Positions 1 to 9,994 are shown, numbered from the stretch's first letter. The stretch is 24,947 nt of DNA from Myxococcota bacterium (GCA_036149055.1 JAYZQJ010000280.1:1-24947), one strand, 5' to 3'. Translations and numbers: made by a program. The notes: a model not told the origin generated them from the letters alone.

Positions 1-59
1 AACACGTCCTCCACCACCCTCGCGAGTTTCTGCTCCAGGGAGTCTGTCGTCGTCGCCAT
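1..59 (-). CDS. 5' fragment of a CDS running off the window (MATTTDSLEQKLARVVEDV...), product unknown
   Basis: ATG at 59-57 on the minus strand, open frame to the window edge with mostly G/C third positions. Same strand as the upstream hydrolase. Too short to assign. Confidence 0.5.
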   Translation of the reverse strand, partial: MATTTDSLEQKLARVVEDV

Positions 60-114
60 GGACGCCGAATCTCACGACCAGACCACCTCTCAAAGTACCG
101 GCCTGAACGGTTAC

Positions 115-173
115 GAGGGGGGCCCCATTGGCGCTTTGCCCAATGGGGGGAGGGTTTGCACCAAACCCTCCAG
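115..173. repeat. Double-hairpin REP-like dispersed repeat, copy 1
   Basis: GAGGGGGGCCCCATTGGCGCTTTGCCCAATGGGGGGAGGGTTTGCACCAAACCCTCCAG. Stem CCCCATTGG/CCAATGGGG (9 bp) and stem GGAGGGTTTG/CAAACCCTCC (10 bp, 3-nt loop). Confidence 0.9.
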
Positions 174-186
174 CAAGAAGCAGCGG

Positions 187-245
187 GAGGGGGGCCCCAT
201 TGGCGCTTTGCCCACTGGGGGGAGGGTTTGCACCACACCCTCCAG
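187..245. repeat. Double-hairpin REP-like dispersed repeat, copy 2 (tandem with copy 1, 72-bp period)
   Basis: Same as 115-173 except two substitutions (C215, C236). Lies 5 nt from the TGA stop (251-253) of the minus-strand hydrolase. Confidence 0.9.
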
Positions 246-250
246 AAGAC

Positions 251-1210
251 TCAGCGACCGAAGGCGTCCAGCACCGCGCGCCGATGCACGTGGTGATGGA
301 GCACGAGCCCGGTGAGGTGGCCGCCCTCCACCCAGCGGAGCTCCGAGCCCTCCCACCACCGGTGCAGCGCCTCCGCCTCCTCGGCCGGGATGAACCCGTC
401 GTGACGGCAGGCGACCAGGATGGCGCGCGAGGGATCGCGCGGGGTCGGGTAGCGGTCGAGGCGCACCGGGCCGAGCGCCGCCGCGAAGCGCTCCTTCGCC
501 GCCGCGAGCCCGCCCGCCTCTCGCGCGAGCACGTCCCATCGCATCTGGCGGCTCAGCGCGCCCGAGGTGAAGATCGGCTCGCTCGCCCGGGCCGCGCCGC
601 GCGGGATCGCCGCCACCGGGAAGTCGCTCACCGCGGCCGCGAACGCCGCCATGACGCCGCCCTGGCTGTACCCCGTCACGCCGACCTCGAGGCCGTCCTC
701 GTGAAAGGTGCGCAGCAGCGCCGACGCCTCCTGCACCGTCGCCAGGTTCATCGCGAACTGATCGGCCACCGTGCGCAGGATCGGCCCTCGCTGCCCCTCC
801 GGCCGTCGCGCGCCGTAGAACGGGTTCTCGAGCAGGACCGCGCCGACGCCCCGGCTGGCGAGCCAGCGCGCGAACGGCCGACGCCGCGCCACGCCCTCTT
901 CGGCGGTGGCCGCGAGCACCAGCAGCACCGGCGCGCGGCGATCCGGGATCCAGCGCTCGACGTGGGCCTGCCGCGATTCCGGCGGCAGCACGTCGGCGGC
1001 CGGCGAGCGGAAGCGCCCACCGCGCACCGTGACCCCGAGCAGGCGCCGCGGCCGGCTCCAGCGGATCTCCACCGGCTCGGCCGCGCCCTCGTAGTCGCGC
1101 ACCGCCGCGACCCGCGCCTCGAGCCCCGCGCCGAACCCGTCCGGGTAGAGCCGCCCGGCCGGCAGGCTGAGCCCGGCGAGCACGCGATCGACGCGGCGGT
1201 GAAAGGTCAC
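251..1210 (-). CDS. Alpha/beta hydrolase, ABHD18/DUF2048-like family
   Basis: Nucleophile elbow GVTGYSQGG, LLENPFYGARRP motif, catalytic Asp region (HDGFIP) and His motif (GGHLTG), all typical of this family. Confidence 0.85.
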   Translation of the reverse strand: MTFHRRVDRVLAGLSLPAGRLYPDGFGAGLEARVAAVRDYEGAAEPVEIRWSRPRRLLGVTVRGGRFRSPAADVLPPESRQAHVERWIPDRRAPVLLVLAATAEEGVARRRPFARWLASRGVGAVLLENPFYGARRPEGQRGPILRTVADQFAMNLATVQEASALLRTFHEDGLEVGVTGYSQGGVMAAFAAAVSDFPVAAIPRGAARASEPIFTSGALSRQMRWDVLAREAGGLAAAKERFAAALGPVRLDRYPTPRDPSRAILVACRHDGFIPAEEAEALHRWWEGSELRWVEGGHLTGLVLHHHVHRRAVLDAFGR

Positions 1211-1223
1211 GGCTCGGTATAGC

Positions 1224-1829
1224 TCAACGGCCGCTCAACCGCGCCTGGTCGGCCTCGTCGAGCACCACGACTCCACAGGGCTTGCATCGCTCCACCTCCA
1301 CCTCGTGGCGCTCGCCGCTGAAGATCGCGCGCGTCATCGTGCGCGTGCAGTCCGGGCAGCGGCTCGAGACGGTCACGTGGATCCAGTCCGCCGTGCGATC
1401 GGCGAAGCGGCCGAAGACGTCGGGCGCGTCGCGCAGGCCGACGACCGCGGTCTGGCAGTGGGCGCAGCGCCGCTCCTTGCGGGCCACCGAGCGATAGGCG
1501 CCGCCGACCTGATGATCGACGAGCGGCTCCCCGCAGGTGGGGCAGGCCCCGCGGACGACGGGCATCCGGTCCGCGCGGAGGTAGAGATCGATCTGGAGCG
1601 CGTGCGCCCCGTCCTCCAGAGGCACGACGTTCTGACGTCGCAGCGGGTGGGTCGCGCTCCCCGCCCGGAGGCTCGCGCGCGTTCCGTCGTGGCGCACCTC
1701 GAGCCACGGCAGCGCGGGGTGATGGAACATCGCCGGCTCCGACGGCCCGATCGAGATCATCGTCGACTCGATGGTGTCCTCGTGGATCGCCGCGCCGCCC
1801 GGTCCGTTGAGCCTGAGGTGAATCCGCAT
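1224..1829 (-). CDS. Double zinc-ribbon protein with C-terminal zf-TFIIB-like domain
   Basis: Four CxxC motifs (CPTC, CAHC, CPDC, CKPC). C-terminal CPxC...M...VEVERCxxCGVVVLDxxD matches the zf-TFIIB pattern. 13-nt gap to the downstream hydrolase. Confidence 0.7.
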   Translation of the reverse strand: MRIHLRLNGPGGAAIHEDTIESTMISIGPSEPAMFHHPALPWLEVRHDGTRASLRAGSATHPLRRQNVVPLEDGAHALQIDLYLRADRMPVVRGACPTCGEPLVDHQVGGAYRSVARKERRCAHCQTAVVGLRDAPDVFGRFADRTADWIHVTVSSRCPDCTRTMTRAIFSGERHEVEVERCKPCGVVVLDEADQARLSGR

Positions 1830-1921
1830 GGGGACAGGGTGCTACGGAACGGGTCACGAGCCAACGAGCGCGGCCCGCAGAAGCGCAGGAACCCACGCGC
1901 CCGGCGGTGGTCGGAGGGGGC

Positions 1922-3751
1922 GTGCGGTACGTGCTCGCCCTGGCGCTCTGGCTGTTCCCCCCGACCGCGGCGGCGGCGCAGCACCTGGTGCGCGCGCCCG
2001 AGGGTGTGCGCGAGACCGCGCGCGACATCTCGGTCGAGCTCCGGGACGGGCTCGCCGTCGTCACGACCCGGGCGGTGATCGAGAGCGACATCGCCTCGCC
2101 CCTCGAGGCGACGGTGCGCGTCCCGATCCCGCGCGGCGCCGGGCTGACCGCGCTCCGCGCCTGTCTCCGCGGCCGCTGCCTCCGCGGCCGGCCCGACCTC
2201 GTCGGCGCCTACGAGGCCGGGCGCACCGGGCGGCGGCTGACGCTCACCCCGCTCGCGATCGCCGCGTCCGCGCGCGACGCGATCACGGTCCGGGTCGCGC
2301 CGCTGGTGGCCGGCGCGCCGTTCACCGTCGAGGTGACCTACGTCGCGCTCGCGGTCACGCGCGGCGGGGTCGTGCGCTTCACCCTCCCCGGCCAGCGCAG
2401 CCGCCCCGGCGATCCGCCGGTCCGGGTCGAGGCCACGGCGCCGGGGCTCCGCCAGATCACGGTGCGCGGCGCGACCGGCCGCGTCGAGGTGGCCCGCGAG
2501 GCGGTGATCGCGGCGCGCCTGCCCGAAGGCGCGCTCGAGACCTCGGCGCTGAGCTTCCGCTGCGGCGAGGAGCGCTGCCTCCGCTACCGGGTGGCCGCCG
2601 GCCCGGTGGCCGGGACGCCGCGCGACGTCTTCGTGCTGCACGACGCGTCGCCCTCGGCGCGCGCGGCGGCCGAAGAGCGGAGGGTCGCCCTCGAGCGCCT
2701 CGCGCCGCTCCTCGAGGACGCGCGGGTGACGCACGTCGCGTTCGCCGACGACGCGCGCGCCTTCGATCCGCGCGGGCCCCTGCCCTTCGTCGGCATCCAC
2801 AGCGCGCTGGACGTCGCGTGGGCGCAGGTGCGCGGCGACGTCGCCGCGGCCCGCTCGCCGCTGGTCGTGCTGCTCGGCGACGGCACCCTCGACCGGAGCG
2901 CGACGCCGACGCTCGAGGCCATCGCGAGGAGCGGCGCGGAGCTGTCGCTCGTCCGCGTCCTGCGCTGGCCGGTGGATCCACGGCTCGCCGACGTCACCGC
3001 CCGCACCCTCGGCGCGGTCGTGGCCGCCGACGCGGATCCCGACGCCTACGCCTCGGCCCTCGCCCCGACCGTCCTGACCGGCGTGCGGGTGGGCGGGCGC
3101 TCGCTGGGCCCGCTCCGCGCCGGCGAGGAGCGGGTGTTCGAGACCCACGCGGACGGCCCCGCGCCCACCCTGCACGTGGCGTCGCGGCACCTTCGCCCCG
3201 GCCGTCCCCTCGCGCGGCTCGAAGGCGGCCTCGCGGTGAGCCGACGCCCGGGGGATCCGCGACGCACCCTCACCGCGGCGCCGGCCGCCGCGTTTCGGGC
3301 CGCGCGCGAGGGCGTCCGCCCCAAGCGAGGCGCCGGCCTCTCGCCGCGGCTGCCGCGCCGGGCCTCGCGGGTCATCGTCTGCCGGTCGGGCTGCGGCTGC
3401 GAGCTTCGCGGGAGCGTGAGCCGCGCCTCGCTGTCCCGGGTCCGGCGCCGCCTCGAGCCCCGGGTGCGCGCTTGCTTCGCCCGGGCGCGAGCGGGACGCC
3501 CACGCTGGTCGGGCGCCGCGACCCTCGCGCTGCGGGTGCGCTACGGCGAGCTCGACGACGTGCGCGTCGAGGGCGCGACCGACCCGGCGCTGACGGAGTG
3601 CCTGCGGCGCGTGCCCGATCACCTCGCCGACCTGCCCGCGACCGATCAGCGCCTCGAGGTTCGCTTCCCCTACCGGAGCGAGGCGCGGCCGCCGCCGCCT
3701 CCCGTGCCGCTGGCGCCGTCGGTCGACCGGCTCCTCGACGCGATCCTGTAA
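1922..3751 (+). CDS. Secreted VIT + vWA + AgmX/PglI C-terminal (TonB-C-like) domain protein
   Basis: GTG 1922 after GGAGG, signal peptide MRYVLALALWLFPPTAAAA. VIT-like ISVELRDGLAVVTTRAVIES..PLEATVRVPIPRGAGLT. vWA MIDAS DASPS plus VVLLGDG. C-terminal VRACF..A....P..SG...L..CL....VRFPY. Confidence 0.7.
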   Translation: MRYVLALALWLFPPTAAAAQHLVRAPEGVRETARDISVELRDGLAVVTTRAVIESDIASPLEATVRVPIPRGAGLTALRACLRGRCLRGRPDLVGAYEAGRTGRRLTLTPLAIAASARDAITVRVAPLVAGAPFTVEVTYVALAVTRGGVVRFTLPGQRSRPGDPPVRVEATAPGLRQITVRGATGRVEVAREAVIAARLPEGALETSALSFRCGEERCLRYRVAAGPVAGTPRDVFVLHDASPSARAAAEERRVALERLAPLLEDARVTHVAFADDARAFDPRGPLPFVGIHSALDVAWAQVRGDVAAARSPLVVLLGDGTLDRSATPTLEAIARSGAELSLVRVLRWPVDPRLADVTARTLGAVVAADADPDAYASALAPTVLTGVRVGGRSLGPLRAGEERVFETHADGPAPTLHVASRHLRPGRPLARLEGGLAVSRRPGDPRRTLTAAPAAAFRAAREGVRPKRGAGLSPRLPRRASRVIVCRSGCGCELRGSVSRASLSRVRRRLEPRVRACFARARAGRPRWSGAATLALRVRYGELDDVRVEGATDPALTECLRRVPDHLADLPATDQRLEVRFPYRSEARPPPPPVPLAPSVDRLLDAIL

Positions 3752-3760
3752 GCTCCGGTC

Positions 3761-6092
<2,332 letters not shown>

Positions 6093-6192
6093 CTAAGCTA
6101 CCGAAATCACAGAAGAGCCAGCGCTCCGCCGGCGCGAGGACGGTGTACGTATCAGATCGCTCGTGGCCCGGCAACCCGGGGCCCTCCGCGGC

Positions 6193-6312
6193 GACCTGGA
6201 GCGGTACCTGGATCTTCCGTCGATCTGGAGCGTCCCAGGGCTGGGTCCAGGTCAGTTTCCCCGCCGCGCTTCTTCCGTTAGATCCAGAGGCGAGGCCTCT
6301 TCGATCTTTTTT
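6193..6312 (+). promoter_or_regulatory. Structured 5' leader of the ECF sigma gene; possible terminator/antiterminator
   Basis: Hairpin 6280-6307 (AGAGGC/GCCTCT inner, AGATC/GATCT outer) followed by T6 (6307-6312) just before the RBS. The alternative pairing 6208-6215 with 6280-6287 is mutually exclusive with it. Confidence 0.35.
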
Positions 6313-6325
6313 CCCAAGGACCCTC

Positions 6326-7081
6326 ATGGCTCGGCGTCGAACCCCCCACATGGCATCCGCGGACGAAAAGCCGCTGAGCGAGGCCGAGCTGCGCGGGATG
6401 GAGGCCTCGGCCCTCGTCGAGGCGGCCAAGAGTGGGGATCCGAACGCCTTCGACGCGCTCGTCCGCCGCTACCGCTCCCGCATCTACGCCCTCGCCCTGC
6501 ACCTCACCGGGAGCCGCAGCGAGGCCGACGACATCACCCAGGACGCCTTCCTGCGCGCCTTCAAGAACATCGAACGCTTCGAGGGCCGCAGCGAGTTCTT
6601 CACCTGGCTCTACCGGATCGCCCTCAACCGGGCACTGAACGTCCGTAGAGACAAGCGGCGCCGGATCACGATGAGCCTGGAGGACCCGCGCCTCAGCCTC
6701 GCGCTCCAGGTCGACGCCAACGGCGACCCCCGGCGGGCGCTGGAGCTGCGCGAGACCTACACCCTGCTCCTGCGCGCCTTCGACGGCCTGAGCCCCCTGC
6801 TCCGGACCACCCTCGCGCTGACCCTGCTCCAGGGCCTCTCCTACAAGGAGGCGGCGGTGGTCCTCGAGACCACCGAAGGCACCATCGCCTGGCGCGTCCA
6901 CGAGGCCCGCCGGAAGATGCGCGAGTCCATGGAGAAGATGCTCAAGGACCCCACCCCGGTGGAGCGCCTGAAGGTCGCCGAGCTCAACCGCCAGCGCCGC
7001 GAGGACGACGCCCCGCCGTCCCTCGAGAGCGCCCTCGCCGCCCTCGTCATGCCGACGGGCACGCCAGGCCTGACTCGCTGA
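6326..7081 (+). CDS. ECF-type sigma-70 family RNA polymerase sigma factor
   Basis: sigma2 (GDPNAFDALVRRY, EADDITQDAFLRAF, FFTWLYRIALN) and sigma4 (GLSYKEAAVVL..TEGTIAWRVHEAR). ATG 6326 follows AAGGA. Alternative start 6350. Confidence 0.95.
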   Translation: MARRRTPHMASADEKPLSEAELRGMEASALVEAAKSGDPNAFDALVRRYRSRIYALALHLTGSRSEADDITQDAFLRAFKNIERFEGRSEFFTWLYRIALNRALNVRRDKRRRITMSLEDPRLSLALQVDANGDPRRALELRETYTLLLRAFDGLSPLLRTTLALTLLQGLSYKEAAVVLETTEGTIAWRVHEARRKMRESMEKMLKDPTPVERLKVAELNRQRREDDAPPSLESALAALVMPTGTPGLTR

Positions 7082-7152
7082 CCAGGGCGTCCGCCGGGTA
7101 GGCGAACGGACCTGGAGCGAGACAGGTGAGGGCCAAGTTTTGAGGCGCAGTA

Positions 7153-7171
7153 GAGGGGCTGAAAGCCCCTC
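7153..7171. terminator. GC-rich hairpin between convergent ECF sigma and gltA
   Basis: GAGGGGCT-GAA-AGCCCCTC perfect 8-bp stem 4 nt after the gltA stop. No strong U-tract. Confidence 0.5.
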
Positions 7172-7175
7172 CCGG

Positions 7176-8462
7176 TCAGCGCTTGTCGGGGGCGACGTAG
7201 TCGCGCTTGTCGGAGCCGAGGTAGACCTGGCGGGGGCGGGCGATGCGCTGCTCGTCGTCGGTGAGCATCTCCTGCCACTGCGCGAGCCAGCCGGCGGTGC
7301 GGCCGATGGCGAAGAGCACCGGGTACATGTCCATCGGCAGGCCCATCGCCTGGTAGATGATGCCCGAGTAGAAGTCGACGTTCGGGTAGAGCTTCTTGTT
7401 GACGAAGTACTCGTCCTCGAGGGCGATGCGCTCGAGCTCGGTGGCGATGTCGATGAGCGGGTTCTTGCCGACCGCGTCGAAGACCTCGTACGCGAGCTTC
7501 TTGATGACCTTCGCGCGCGGGTCGTAGTTCTTGTAGACGCGGTGGCCGAAGCCCATCAGGCGGACGCTCTTGTCCTCCTTGGCGCGCTTCACGAAGGAGG
7601 GGATGTTGTCCTTGCTCCCGATCTCCTGGAGCATCCGGACCACCGCCTCGTTGGCGCCGCCGTGGAGCGGGCCGTAGAGCGCGGCGCACGCCGCGGCGAG
7701 GGCCGAGTACGGGTCGACGCGGGAGCTGCCGACGCCGCGCATCGCGCTGGTCGAGCAGTTCTGCTCGTGGTCCGCGTGCAGGGTGAAGAGCACGTCGAGC
7801 GCCTTCTCCACCGCCGGGTTCGGCACGTAGTTCCGCTCGGTCATGCGGAACATCATCGCCAGGAAGTTCCCGGCGTAGCTGAGGTCGTTGTCCGGGTAGA
7901 CGTAGGGGAGCCCGCGGCGGTGCCGGTAGGCGTAGGCGGCGAGCGTCGGGACCTTGCCGATGAGCCGCGTGATCTGCAGGCGGCGGTTGTCGGCGTCGTC
8001 GACGTTCTTCGCCTCCGGGTAGAAGGTGCTGAGCGCGCCGACGGTGCTGATCAGGATGCCCATCGGGTGGGCGTCGTAGCGGAAGCCGTCCATCAGCTCC
8101 CGGATGTTCTCGTGCACCATCGTGTGGTGCGTGATCTCGTGCTTGAAGCGCGCGTGCGAGTCCTTCGTCGGGAGCTCGCCGTCGAGCAGGAGCTGCGCGA
8201 CCTCGAGGAAGCTGCTCTCCTCGGCGAGCTGCTCGATGGGGTAGCCGCGGTAGCGGAGGATGCCCTTGTCGCCGTCGATGAAGGTGATGCGGCTGGTGCA
8301 CGACGCGGTGTTCTTGAACGCCGGGTCGTAGGCCATCATCCCGAAGTCGTCGTCCGAGACCTTGATCTGCCGGAGATCCATGGCGGAGATCGTGCCGTTC
8401 TTCACCGGTAGCTCGTAGGTCTTGCCGGTACGGTTGTCGGTCACGGTGATCGTGTCGGCCAT
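7176..8462 (-). CDS. gltA: Citrate synthase
   Basis: ITFIDGDKGILRYRGYPIEQLA, LHADHEQNCSTS, GPLHGGANEAV, MGFGHRVYKNYDPRA, LYPNVDFYSG and IARPRQVY motifs. Confidence 0.98.
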   Translation of the reverse strand: MADTITVTDNRTGKTYELPVKNGTISAMDLRQIKVSDDDFGMMAYDPAFKNTASCTSRITFIDGDKGILRYRGYPIEQLAEESSFLEVAQLLLDGELPTKDSHARFKHEITHHTMVHENIRELMDGFRYDAHPMGILISTVGALSTFYPEAKNVDDADNRRLQITRLIGKVPTLAAYAYRHRRGLPYVYPDNDLSYAGNFLAMMFRMTERNYVPNPAVEKALDVLFTLHADHEQNCSTSAMRGVGSSRVDPYSALAAACAALYGPLHGGANEAVVRMLQEIGSKDNIPSFVKRAKEDKSVRLMGFGHRVYKNYDPRAKVIKKLAYEVFDAVGKNPLIDIATELERIALEDEYFVNKKLYPNVDFYSGIIYQAMGLPMDMYPVLFAIGRTAGWLAQWQEMLTDDEQRIARPRQVYLGSDKRDYVAPDKR

Positions 8463-8806
8463 GGCTGGGGAACTCCTGTCGAAAGAATCGGTCGGGGGGC
8501 GGACGCGAGGGTCCTGCGTCTGGGTGCGCTGCGTCTGGGGACGGGGTACCAGGAGAGTCGGGGCGGGCCCGTTCGTGTCTCGGTTCGCTCGCCTTCCTGT
8601 CTGTCGGAGCGAGCGGGGGCCGGAGTCTACACGCCTCGCGGCCAGCTGGCACCTGCCCTCATACGGCAGCGCGCGCGCGGATTGTGGTCAGGAACGCGCC
8701 CCATGTCGAGCGCAAAAGAGGCGCCGTCTCCTCGGCTTGCCCGTCGCGCCCCCACTGCTAGGCTCGGAGCGCTCGGTGCGGTGTGGGTTGCTGTGGGAGA
8801 GCAGCC

Positions 8807-9544
8807 TTGAATCGAGCTTCATCTATCCTCTCGAGCGTCGCGATCGTCGCGTGCGCGCTCGCGGCCGTGGGGTGTGGCCGCACCTCGGTCGTCGGCACCC
8901 AGGTCCGACACCCGCTGCACACGGGCGCGGTCGACCGGAACGAGGTGGCGATCGGCCGCCTGCCCGCCCGTGACCGAGCGGCGCTGGTCGAGGTCACCTC
9001 CGAGCGGATCTGCGCCGAGCTCGAGCTCTGGACGCGCCCCGCCGGCGCCGGCCTCCACGCGCGCGGCTACCCGGAGAGCTACGAGATCGGCCTCGTGGCC
9101 GACGACGACGAGGTCGAGCAGCGCGACCCCACCATCCGTCAGGCGGCCCCGCGCAGGGCGGCGCGCGCCGGGCTGTTCGCCCCCGAGCGGCCCGGAGATC
9201 ACGTGTACGTGCCCGGGACGGTGTGTTTCCCCAACCAGGGCTTCGTCGGCGTTCGCACGCACCGGCTCCGCCTCGAGCTGCGCCCGCACGCGAGCCGGGG
9301 CCGGACGCTCGTGTTCCAGTGGGACCTGGTCCCGGCGGCCACCGACACGCGAGAGGAGCTCCGGCGCCAGCGACGCGAGCAGGTCCCGGGGCGCGAGCCG
9401 GAGGTCTTCGTGGACGAGGCGCCTCCCAGCCAGGCTGCTCAGTCCACCCAGGCTGCTCGGCCCGCCCAGGCGACTCAGCCCACCCAGCCCGACCCGAGGG
9501 CCGCCTGGACCACCGACGACGGTCCGCGGCCGACCGTGCGCTGA
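8807..9544 (+). CDS. Putative lipoprotein of unknown function
   Basis: TTG 8807 after GGAGA. Hydrophobic signal ending AAVGC (lipobox-like). Beta-rich core with two Cys and a low-complexity Q/A/P/T tail. Confidence 0.65.
   Translation: MNRASSILSSVAIVACALAAVGCGRTSVVGTQVRHPLHTGAVDRNEVAIGRLPARDRAALVEVTSERICAELELWTRPAGAGLHARGYPESYEIGLVADDDEVEQRDPTIRQAAPRRAARAGLFAPERPGDHVYVPGTVCFPNQGFVGVRTHRLRLELRPHASRGRTLVFQWDLVPAATDTREELRRQRREQVPGREPEVFVDEAPPSQAAQSTQAARPAQATQPTQPDPRAAWTTDDGPRPTVR
9431..9484 (+). repeat. Degenerate 18-bp coding tandem repeat x3 (QAAQST/QAARPA/QATQPT)
   Basis: CAGGCTGCTCAGTCCACC, CAGGCTGCTCGGCCCGCC, CAGGCGACTCAGCCCACC. Confidence 0.75.
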
Positions 9545-9556
9545 CCCGGGTTCACT

Positions 9557-9994
9557 TCAATCGATCGAGAGCAGCTGGGCGCCGATCCGCTCCAGCACCT
9601 CGCCCACGGTGAGGCTGCGCTCGGCGTCCGGCTGGGCGCCCGCCAGCGCCTCCTCCCGCTCGAGCCGCCACGCGGGCTCGGCCGCCTTGCGCGCGCAGAA
9701 GCCGCGGAAGTCGGCCGGCCAGATCCGGTCGGCCTCGACCCCCTCGACCAGCGCCGCCCACTCGTCGGCGTCGAAGACGAGCCCGTCGGTGCCGTCGACG
9801 GTGACCACGCCGGGCACGCCCGGGACGTGGAGCCGAAGCACCGCCGGACGCGGCATCTCGAGCCAGAGGGCGGCCGGACAGGCGAGCGCGCCCTGCGGCT
9901 GCTGTGCACGGTCCGCCGCGCCCGCCTGCGGCAGCCCGCCCAGGAGCGCCGCCCGAACCTCACGACTCAGCTCATCGATCGCCAACGCGCCCAT
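9557..9994 (-). CDS. Hypothetical protein (~145 aa)
   Basis: ATG 9994 preceded by GGAGG. High GC3 and protein-like composition (FDADEWAALVEGVEADRIWPADF). No family recognised. Confidence 0.65.
   Translation of the reverse strand: MGALAIDELSREVRAALLGGLPQAGAADRAQQPQGALACPAALWLEMPRPAVLRLHVPGVPGVVTVDGTDGLVFDADEWAALVEGVEADRIWPADFRGFCARKAAEPAWRLEREEALAGAQPDAERSLTVGEVLERIGAQLLSID

Noticed and set aside
111..114. TTAC IS608-like target site before repeat copy 1
   Set aside because: Not present at the equivalent position of copies 2 and 3. A single tetramer is weak evidence.
115..245. Mini CRISPR array
   Set aside because: The repeat is ~59 bp with only a 13-nt gap, there are two units, no cas genes, and a dispersed inverted copy elsewhere.
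58..315. 85-aa ORF with a duplicated EGGPIGALP peptide, and ORFs starting MALCPMGGG (128..1222, 22736..24859)
   Set aside because: These are translations of the DNA repeat or antisense shadows of real genes.
8463..8806. ncRNA or riboswitch in the long gltA upstream region
   Set aside because: Only a short direct repeat (CTGCGTCTGGG twice) and weak GC stems. No recognisable motif.
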